From: Bugula neritina
Lineage: Eukaryota; Animalia; Bryozoa
Length of the DNA stretch: 64,000 nt
Assembly (NCBI GenBank): GCA_964035545.1
Contig: OZ037768.1
Span: 1 to 64,000, forward strand
Direction of reading: 5' to 3'
A model generated the notes under the pieces. The model saw only the letters and a list, made by a program, of their open reading frames with translations. It was not told the origin of the DNA and ran no database searches. Of the stretch, positions 26,601-44,269 are shown piece after piece (within the stretch, counting starts at the first letter, position 1; the number at the start of each line of letters is the position of its first letter). Both the position numbers and the translations under genes were made by a program.

Positions 26601-28351
26601 ATAAGTTTTTTTCAGTTTTTAAGTTAATTTGATGAGCTCAAACTTACTAAAAACCCAAACTTTTTTGGGTATTGTGACTGCAATACATTAGCAGTTGATG
26701 ATGCATCAACAGTTGGTAGTACGTCAACAGTTGGTAGTACGTCAACAGTTGGTATTGCATCAACAGTTGGCGTACATCAACAGTTTGTAGTACATCAACA
26801 GTTGGCGATACATCAACAGTTGGTAGTACATCAACAGTTGGTAGTACATCAACAGTTGGACCCTTATGGCACTAAATATCTCAAGATTGTTGGTACAAAT
26901 TCTTTTGAAGGATTTACCTGGCAGTGTTAGGAAAATAGCCGATTTTCTTGGCGTGAAGCTCAGCCGCTCTCAGGTGGATAATGTGGTCAGGTCAGCCAGT
27001 TTTGACGGAATGAGAAACAGCATAGGAAAATTTCATCCAATTTTTAATAAAGGCAGGTCCCTCTTTATTTGAACATTACTTACACTACATGTGTATGACC
27101 AGCTCACTGTACTTACACTACATGTACATGTGTATGACCAGCTCACTGTACTTACACTACATGTGTATAACCAGCTCACTGTACTTACACTACATGTGTA
27201 TGACCAGCTCACTGTACTTACACTACATGTGTATGACCAGCTCACTGTACTTACACTACATGTGTATGACCAGCTCACTGTACTTACACTACATGTGTAT
27301 GACCAGCTCACTGTACTTACACTACATGTGTATAACCAGCTCACTGTACTTACACTACATGTGTATGACCAGCTCACTGTACTTACACTACATGTGTATA
27401 ACCAGCTCACTGTACTTACACTACATGTGTATAACCAGCTCACTGTACTTACACTACATGTGTATAACCAGCTCACTGTACTTACACTACATGTGTATAA
27501 CCAGCTCACTGTACTTACACTACATGTGTATGACCAGCTCACTGTACTTACACTACATGTGTATGACCAGCTCACTGTACTTACACTACATGTGTATGAC
27601 CAGCTCACTGTACTTACACTACATGTGTATAACCAGCTCACTGTACTTACACTACATGTGTATGACCAGCTCACTGTACTTACACTACATGTGTATGACC
27701 AGCTCACTGTACTTACACTACATGTGTATAACCAGCTCACTGTACTTACACTACACGTGTATGACCAGCTCACTGTACTTACACTACACGTGTATAACCA
27801 GCTCACTGTACTTACACTACACGTGTATGACCAGCTCACTGTACTTACACTACATGTGTATGACCAGCTCACTGTACTTACACTACATGTGTATGACCAG
27901 CTCACTGTACTTACACTACATGTGTATGACCAGCTCACTGTACTTACACTACATGTGTATGACCAGCTCACTGTACTTACACTACATGTACATGTGTATG
28001 ACCAGCTCACTGTACTTACACTACATGTGTATGACCAGCTCACTGTACTTACACTACATGTGTATGACCAGCTCACTGTACTTACACTACATGTGTATAA
28101 CCAGCTCACTGTACTTACACTACATGTGTATGACCAGCTCACTGTACTTACACTACATGTGTATAACCAGGTCACTGTACTTACACTACATGTGTATGAC
28201 CAGCTAGTTCAACTGTGCCAAAACTTGTGTATTTAAAGGAAAAACTGGCAGCTGGAAGACTGTGTTGAATGCCCAGCAAGATGAAGCTATGGATAGATGG
28301 ATTGAGAGTGAAATGGAAGGGCTGGAAGACTTAAACATCGGGCTGGAGTGA
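20682..28351 (+). CDS. Sulfotransferase (cytosolic SULT / Sulfotransfer_1 family), 8 exons
   Basis: Exons 20682-20769, 23565-23741, 23937-24065, 25326-25438, 25803-25926, 26144-26238, 26911-27052 and 28239-28351 join in phase. Motifs: TYPKSGTH (5'-PSB loop), PRIIKSHLP, RNPKDVICSFY (3'-PB), YEEL..DLPGSVRKIADFLG, and FNKGKTGSWK (GxxGxWK). The first exon is the least certain. Confidence 0.9.
20786..23455. repeat. 14-bp intronic minisatellite (CTCTGTATACTAC[C/T]), ~190 units
   Basis: Fills SULT intron 1 and generates the spurious 962-aa and 912-aa ORFs. Confidence 0.95.
24067..24753. repeat. 39-bp intronic minisatellite, ~17 units
   Basis: Unit TATTATACCTTCAGTACGTATTTACCTGCGCTATTATAA. It starts immediately at the donor GT (24066). 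Confidence 0.95.
26239..26495. repeat. 19-bp intronic minisatellite (GTGTGTAGTTAGTACTACA)
   Basis: The first, degenerate unit begins exactly at the donor GT. A second 19-bp array lies at 26704-26859 in the same intron. Confidence 0.9.
27077..28205. repeat. 33-bp intronic minisatellite, ~34 units
   Basis: Unit TACTTACACTACATGTGTAT[G/A]ACCAGCTCACTG fills SULT intron 7. Confidence 0.95.
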
Positions 28352-29265
28352 AGCAAGCAGCTCATAAATGTTTCATCTTAAATAGTAACACACTACACAG
28401 ACATTGCATGTTATTTGTATTCTTATTTTCAACGGCTATACTACTGCTTTAAAGAGAGAGCTGTTTGTTGTGTATTTAGAAGTGCTGGTGCAATATAAGT
28501 GGTGCTCACACGCAAGCTGTGAAACAAATATAAAAAATATTCTGCAAATACTAAATCATTTTATAAGTAAATGCTTAGCTCTCTACTCATGTATGAGGAA
28601 CTGCAGAGTAAACCTGCTTTAGTTTCCTGACTGATCAGAAGTACTTATGAAATTAGGAATAAGCAGTTAACACAGTTTGTAATGAAACACAGGCTTGGCT
28701 CAAGTCATATTGACTCGAATACTTGAACGCTTGTGACTTCATCCAAATTGGTGGAATCATTAACTCTACTTCACTGGCTCAACTGATTGTTTTGCTTGAA
28801 CTCTTTTAGATTGCTGCGAGTGTTTGATCAATTGCTGCGAGTGTTTGATCAATTGCTGCAAGTGTTGGAAAGTTTGTCAAGTTAGTGTCTGAAAGTGGTT
28901 ATATTAATCTTTAGCTCTTTCATATCAGAGATATTAGAAATTGACTTGACTAGATACTTGCTGATCGTCTAAAAGTGTCGACTGATTTAAAATGAGTTGG
29001 TAATTCATGATGCATCTACTGAAAATGGAAACTATAGAAATTACAAGACACTCTCTAGAAATTAAATCCTTCATCTCTGCATTGTTATAGCAAGTATTGT
29101 ACCATTGTTGTTGTACTGTATCATTGTTGGTTGTAGTGTATCCTTGTTGTATTGTACCATTGTTGTTGTATTGTATCATTGTTGTTGTATTTTACCATTG
29201 CTGGTTGTATTGTATCATTGTTGGTTGTATTGTACTATTGTTGGTTATCATAAACTTTTTCTGTC

Positions 29266-36583
<7,318 letters not shown>

Positions 36584-36894
36584 ATGTGATACCTAACAGA
36601 ATTATGGACAGAACCTGAAGTTGAATTATTATTATCTATTAGTTCAACAACAATTGAAAAGTGTAAATAAAGAACAAGAATTAGTTGGCCAAATTCAACA
36701 AATAACGAATAAAAATATATAAACATAAAAGTTATAACAAACTAACCCATAAAAAGTTTGTAAAATAATAATTTTAAAAGAAAATAGTTTTCCACAATAT
36801 TTAAAAAAAATACAAACGTAATATTATCAAACATTTGACAGTAATATAGCAATACTACTCAGTAATATAACAGTGCAGTTATATCTGGAGGCAA

Positions 36895-39800
36895 TTACAT
36901 AGAATTAATCTCTCCCATTATGTTGACGATTCTATTTTTGTATTTGGTAGATATTTCCTTTTCTACCTACAAATAAAAATAGTTTTTGGGTCATTCACTG
37001 CATGCCAAAACGGAATGGCTTTCATTTGATGAGAATTCTCACTATAATATACTAGTAATACATACTATAATATACTAGTAATACATACTATACTATACTA
37101 GTAATTCATACTATACTATACTAGTAACACATGCTATACTATACTAGCAATACATGCTATACTATACTAGTAATACATGCTATACTATACTAGTAATACA
37201 TGCTATACTATACTAGTAATACATGCTATACTATACTAGTAATACATACTATACTATACTAGTAATACATGCTATACTATACTAGTAATACATACTATAC
37301 TAGTAATACATACTATACTATACTAGTAATACATACTATACTATACTAGTAACACATACTATACTATACTAGTAACACATGCTATACTATACTAGTAATA
37401 CATACTATACATACTAAAGCTATACTAGTAATACATACTATAGCTATACTAGTAATACATACTATACATACTAGTAATACATACTATAATATACTAGTAA
37501 TACATACTATAGCTATACTATAATATAAAAGTAACACAAGCCACACCAGTTTCTTAAGCTCCAGCGTCTTTTCTTTAACCAAACTAATCTTAGGTTTGGT
37601 GACTTTCTCTTCTTCAGCTGCTTCCTCTCTCTTCAGGATCATCAATCTCCCAGTAGCCGCCATCTTGTCTGACTGACTCAGTAGTTTAATAATATCTTCA
37701 GTTACCCTCTCCACATACCTGAGTGTGACATAACTCATACCTGAGTGTGACATAACTCATACCTGAGTGTGACATAACTCATACCTGAGTGTGACATAAC
37801 TCATACCTGAGTGTGACATAACTCATACCTGAGTGTGACATAACTCATACCTGAGTGTGACATAACTCATACCTGAGTGTGACATAACTCATACCTGAGT
37901 GTGACATAACTCATACCTGAGTGTGACATAACTCATACCTGAGTGTGACATAATTCATACCTGAGTGTGACATAACTTTACAGTTAAACTGTAGTGAAAG
38001 ATAATTACATCCTAGTATCAGTCTAGTAACAGACACACAACTTACTTACTTACTTACCGAGGAGAGTTCCGAATAGACATGAGTTGCTGCAGCTTAGGAG
38101 AAGAGGCTTTCAAGTTTACTTCTCTAACTTTGGACATCATTGAGCGCAAGTCGTTGTGAGAAATTTGGAGAGAAAGTGGTGCAGACTGTATTAGACTGAG
38201 AACTATGACGTCCGTACCTTCAGTCATATCTTCCAACCGTTGGGAGAGGAACAACTCCAACTACAAGCAACAACTTACTAAAACTCTCTGAACAAACTCT
38301 AAACATCTCTAGATGACATACTGAATGAACATTACTCTAAAGTCTAATACCTCAATTAACTCATCCATGAACTGAAATCTGGTGGCCGGATTATCTAGCA
38401 CAGTCAAGGCATCTTTCCCTCTCGCCACTCCGCCATCTCTTGCATCACCACACAACTCTGTCGTGTCTGCCTCGTCCCATTGGATGGCAAGTTCTGCATT
38501 TCCTTGCTCATTGAGCTCTATGTCAACCTCATTCTGTGAATAGCATAGCAACAAGTGGAGTACATTGTCTAGTGACAATATGTGAATCTATAACACTGTT
38601 ATTATACATTCTATTAACAGAAATGATGGAAGAGCAATAAACTTACATCTCCAAAGTCTATTTCGTCCTGCTCAACGCCCACATCTTCTCCAAAGTCTAT
38701 AGTTCCCCAGTCAATCTGCAGAAAGACGAGGTAGTCACACAAACATGTTACTGCAGTGTAGAGATTGTATCTCAGAAGAAAATATGTATGAGAGAACCCA
38801 CCTCGCTGTCCAGCTGCTCCTCTGAACTCATCTCTGAAGACATGAGTGACTGACTGAAACATGTGCTGTCAATGGAGGAGGTGGGTGGTCTGTTGTTTCT
38901 CCATTCATAAGTTGTGATATTCCCTTTCTGTATGACTGTACGCAACAACGGGCATATGACAGTCTCGTGTCTACAGTGTATATAATACAGAGTATACAAT
39001 ACAGAGCGTATAATACAGAGTATATAATACAGAGTATACAATACAGAGCGTATAATACAGAGTATACAATACAGAGCGTATAATACAGAGTATATAATAC
39101 AGAGTGTATAATACAGAGCGTATAATACAGAGTATATAATACAGAGTATATAATACATAGTGTATAATACAGAGTATATAATACAGAGTATATAATACAT
39201 AGTGTATAATACAGAGTATATAATACAGAGTGTATAATACAGAGTATATAATACAGAGCATATAATATTCATGTAACATACCCAGAATTAATGAAGTTGA
39301 TGAACTTTGTGTAATAGTCGAGACCGGGGAGTAGAGATTTGGCTGCATTGGCAATGTCATTATATGTATTGGACAGATCAGCTGCTAGCAAGAGTAACTC
39401 TCTCTTTACATTCCTTCCCTGTAGAATATACAATACCCACTACAGTATACACACTACCCACTACAGTATACACACTACTCACTACAGTATACACACTACT
39501 CACTACAGTATACACACTACAGTATACACACTACCCACTACAGTATACACACTACACACTACAGTATACACACTACCCACTACAATATACGCACTACCCA
39601 CTACAGTATACACACTACCCAATACAGTATACACACTACCCAATACAGTATACACACTACCCAATACAGTATACACACAACTCACTACAGTATACACATT
39701 ACAGTATACACACTACCCAATACAGTATACACACAACCCAATACAGTATACACACAACTCACTACAGTATACACACTACCCACTACAGTATACACAATAC

Positions 39801-41464
39801 CCAATACAGTATACACAATACCCACTACAGTATACACAATACCCACTACAGTATACACACTACTCACTACAGTATACACACTACAGTATACACAATACAC
39901 ACTACAGTATACACACTACCCACTACAGTATACACACAACTCACTTCGATGCCATATTGCTGACACATGTCTGCATATTTGGCTCTGAAATCAGCTGAGA
40001 GACTGCTATATTCAGCCTCCTTCCTAAGAGAGTCTTGCTGACTTTTGACGCATTTTGCAACTTGCCTTTTCAATGCTGGAAGCTCATAGTTGACATTTCT
40101 AGACAGCATTTGTGCTGCTTCAGCTGCAGGATAAATATACATACGTATATCATGGTAGGATATAATATATACGTATATCATGGTAGGATAAAATATATAC
40201 GTATATCATGGTAGGATATAATATATACGTATATCATGGTAGGATATAATATATACGTATATCATGGTAGGATATAGTATATACGTATATTATGGTAGGA
40301 TATAGTATATACGTATATCATGGTAGGATATAATATATACGTATATTATGGTAGGATATAATATATACGTATATTATGGTAGGATATAGTATATACGTAT
40401 ATCATGGTAGGATATAATATATACGTATATCATGGTAGGATATAATATATACGTATATCATGGTAGGATATAATATATACGTATATTATGGTAAGATATA
40501 ATATATACGTATATCAAGGTAGGATGTAGTATGACATAAAATCTACTTACCCAGATAAACACAGTCCACCTTATACAGCTGTACTACTTCTTGCCAGTCC
40601 TACCAACAAAACATAATAGCATGTATCCTCTCTGTACCCCTACTTTCTTACTATACTACCCTCTGTGTACCCCTACTCTCTCACTATACTACCCTCTGTG
40701 TAACCCTACTCTCTCACTATACTACCCTCTATGTACCCCTACTCTCTCACTATACTACCCTCTATGTACCCCTACTCTCTTACTATACTACCCTCTGTGT
40801 ACCCCTACTCTCTCACTATACTACCCTCTGTGTACCCCTACTCTCTCACTATACTACTCTCTGTGTACCCCTACTCTCTCACCATACTACCCTCTGTGTA
40901 CCCCTACTCTCTCACTATACTACCCTCTGTGTACCTCAATGCCACTCTCTCACCTTCATCCTCTGAGAGGAGTAACTCCCAAATATGTTTTTAGAGTTGG
41001 CTTCAGTAGTCTTCAGTATTTCAATTATCCTCAGACAATGAAAGTAATTTATGTCTACAACAATAACAGTAACACCTAACGTACAGTATTTCAATATGAA
41101 AAACACCATAGTTACGTATAGCATTGCTACTAGAGCAGTACCTTATTTCATAGCCTGTCTTAGACATAGCAATACATACAAGTGCCTGTTAGAAGGGAAG
41201 TTATCTCATCATGAGCCGGCATATCCTGTATCGCAGTGTTTATCTTCTCTCGTATTTTAATGGCACTTTCTTGCCAGTTGGCCTTGCAGTGACGTCTCTT
41301 TACCAGCCAGTCTGCAAAATATGATAGCATGTACCAGTTGCTAGGTATAGCACGTACCAGTTGCTAGGAATAGCACGTACCAGTTGCTAGGAAAAGCACG
41401 TACCAGCTGCTACGAACCTACCTGATAGTTTGTTGTAGTGTATATCAATGGGCATATCCTCCAT
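36895..41464 (-). CDS. CDK5RAP3: CDK5 regulatory subunit-associated protein 3 (C53/LZAP), 12 exons
   Basis: The spliced peptide matches the conserved C53 sequence: MEDMPIDIHYNKLSDWLVKRRHC...INYFHCLRIIEILKTTE...KNIFGSYSSQRMKDWQEVV...YLAEAAQMLSRNVNYELPALKRQ. The linker has IDWG/IDFG/IQWD motifs, followed by TRFQFMDELIELELFLSQRL and the C-terminus EISTKYKNRIVNIMGEIN. Confidence 0.95.
37714..37977 (-). repeat. 22-bp intronic minisatellite that copies the 3' splice site plus 5 exonic bases, 12 units
   Basis: Sense unit AGTTATGTCACACTCAG|GTATG. The last copy supplies the true acceptor (exon starts at 37718). Confidence 0.9.
38978..40935. repeat. Four separate CDK5RAP3 intronic arrays
   Basis: 14-bp array at 38978-39266, 21/14-bp at 39428-39943, 28-bp at 40133-40516 and 33-bp at 40625-40935. 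Each fills one intron between identified exons. A 23-bp array fills 37041-37520. Confidence 0.9.
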
Positions 41465-42375
41465 TGTGCCAAATGTCTAGGATATCTGCAATATTTATAA
41501 TAAAATTTTTAGCAACTAGCATTAGAATTATAACTCAGAACTATATTCACAGAAAATTGATAGTGATACTTGATAGTCATTGAGTCATAGTCATACTGAT
41601 ACTTATTAACATTGCCATGGCTATTGGCCTCTGGGATTGCGATTAACTGTGCCAATCAATTCATAGTAAAGTTTGAGTTCCACTCATCAGTCAACACTAA
41701 TAGTAATAGTGATACTCATAGCGACAGTAATAGTCGATTACACTATTACTATTAGTATTACTAATACTATTACTATTAGTTTTAGGCACTGCTGTACTAA
41801 ATATAATACTAATACTAATAGTAACACTAATACTGAGTACAGCCTGAGTAGTGAGTAGTACTAATACTAATACAATTACAATAGTAATACTGATAGTCTT
41901 ATACTATTTATTTAAAATTCGTCCTTAGGCTTATCCTAATCAGTAATACTAATCATAATGCCATACTCATACTGATAGTGACTATGATAATGATAATGAT
42001 AATCATCAAGTGATTATCATAATGATAATGATAACCAGTATGAATGTTATTGTTAGTGTTACAATAATTATAATAATACTAACAAGAGCAAAGCCAATGC
42101 GACTGCAATATTTACAGGTGACGCATTTGTAAGTTAAACTTAAAGTTAATGAAGTAGTGGTGGTGGTAGTAGTACTAGTAGTTGTCGATGGCCAACGTGA
42201 CAATGATGTATGGTCGGGAAAGATGTAAATAATATGCTATGCGTCAATTGTTGATGAAGAGATCATGAAAATTTTAATTACATTTAGCTCTTACACTATT
42301 CACCAAGTTAGATGAATATTTAATACGATTAGTCTATAGGGCATAGGGCTAGGCTATTGTATTTGTAGTCATTAA

Positions 42376-42690
42376 AAGCTGCTATAAGCAGCTTCAATTT
42401 GGGAGTGACTCAATATAGCAGTAATTTGAGATTCTCAAGATTAAAGTTGGGGTTCAACTTAAACGTTTAAACGTCTCACTCTGAGGACGAGATTCCAAGC
42501 TACTGCACTCAGTTACTCTTAGCTCGGGCTGCTTATAGCAAGATTTGGTAATAAGTAGCTAGAGGTAGCGCAAAGTTAGGGGCTATCTATTGCGGTGTTG
42601 GTAACTACATTGAGCTCAAAGTCCCCAACTCCACATGTGATACCTCCGAACCACTGGGCTCAGTAACTACCACATTTGTGCTGCTTTAAG
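42376..42690 (+). other. Fold-back / multi-hairpin element (structured ncRNA candidate or MITE)
   Basis: GCTATAAGCAGC (42381) pairs with GCTGCTTATAGC (42528-42539), with ~50-nt imperfect arms and mostly G-U mismatches. Further hairpins lie at 42555-42593 and 42600-42671. Confidence 0.4.
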
Positions 42691-43614
42691 CGATTTTGAT
42701 GTTAAATTGTATTGATGTTACTCCACTGCGCTGAATTGGAGCCATCTATTTCTAATTTTATTTTTATTTTTCTTTTGTAACTCAAACTGTAATTAGTATT
42801 ATTATGCTATACTTTAATAACAAATAATTTAATACCTTGGTACTGACTCCTATGGCTATTAGTATAATAATAAAAACTATTAGACTTAGTCTCACTCTTA
42901 GTCTTAGTCTTAGATTGAGAGTTGGTATTATAATTATTAATATTATTTTATTATAACTATAACTATAAAATTAAATATTCATATTCATACTGCTATAAGA
43001 TTAAGTATAACTATTAGTATTACTATTAGTATTTGTGTATTACTATTAGTATTTGTGTATTACTATTACCATTACTATTAGTATTAGTATTAGTAATAGT
43101 AATACTAATAATAATATTAATACTAATACTAATAGTATTACTATAACTATTACTATTAGTATTAGTATTACTATTAGTATTAGTATTAGTATTACTATTA
43201 GTATTAGTATTATTACTATTAGTATTAGTAATACTGTATTAGTATTACTAGATAAAATTGAAGATATGCACAGCAGACAGGGTTGCTCTATGAGTCTATC
43301 AATATTAATATTTAATTATTAATGTAACACTTAGCAGTTAGTGTTGCACTTGCTCACTTACAGTTACTGTTAGTGTTACACTTAGGTCTTAGTCTAAGTC
43401 TTATAAATTATAGTAAAATAAAGATTAATGTTAAGAGCAAGTCTTAGTCATTGAGGCTGCAGCTGTTAGTCATTTGCAATTACAGTTTTAGTGACTTTTC
43501 TCAGGGTAAGACTTAGAGTTATCGCAAGAAAAGTAAATAAAAAGTTAGTGTTGCTAAAACTGTAAAAGTGAAACTGAAAGTAAGTGATCTAGTGCAAATC
43601 TGACTTCTAACTCT

Positions 43615-43808
43615 TAAACTAAGAGTAAGTGTAACTGTTACTCTAAGACTAAGAGTAAGTGTAACTGTTACTCTAAGAGTAAGTGTAACTGTTACTCTAA
43701 GACTAAGAGTAAGTGTAACTGTTACTCTAAGACTAAGAGTAAGTGTAACTGTTACTCTAAGAGTAAGTGTAACTGTTACTCTAAGACTAAGAGTAAGTGT
43801 AACTGTTG
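43615..43808. repeat. 30/24-bp tandem repeat upstream of NELF-E
   Basis: Unit TAAGAGTAAGTGTAACTGTTACTCTAAGAC. Confidence 0.85.
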
Positions 43809-44269
43809 TAATATCTGGTCCTACTCACTCGACAGTCTGTGTAAGAGTCCCTTGTGCTGTCTTTACTTTCACTCTCACAATAGCCAATATCCAAGCCATA
43901 CAAGCTGGTAGGAAATCTGAATGCTTGTAAGGCAGTTAGCCAATCACCTCAGGTTAGCTTGTAGCTTATCTGCTAAAGACTATAAACTACATTATATTCC
44001 AACTGTCACTCTAAAACTAAAAGTAAGTGTTGCTGTAAGTGTAAGACTAAGAGTAAGTGCAGGGTTAATACTAATACTTTTTATGCCATGAGCATAGTAT
44101 CAATATGGTATATGAATATCCCTATGGCTATTATATACGGGCCATGCTGATGCCTATACCAATACACCTAGCTATATATAGTAATGACCCCTATACCAAC
44201 ACACCTAGCTATATATAGTAAGTGCTGTCAACACTATGTAACTGTAAGTGTTTTACTTTAGGTCAAGCA

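Noticed and set aside
27077-28205. Regular 20-40 bp repeats resembling CRISPR arrays
   Set aside because: Units are head-to-tail with no unique spacers, there are no cas genes, and the context is eukaryotic introns.
42444-42460. GAACCCCAAC (- strand) as a telomerase RNA template
   Set aside because: It does not contain more than one full permuted CCCCAAA repeat, it sits in a hairpin, and the G-U bias favours the opposite strand. I saw no convincing template elsewhere in the window.
42460-42500. CTGAGGA plus AAAC...GTC as a hammerhead ribozyme
   Set aside because: The GAAA core is TAAA and there is no room for stem I.
42570-42680. AAAGTCCCC and GGGCTCA as RNase MRP CR-I/CR-V, or ACATTT as an H/ACA end
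   Set aside because: The motifs are only ~30 nt apart, too close for MRP. No ANANNA H box precedes the last hairpin and the pocket-to-ACA spacing is wrong.
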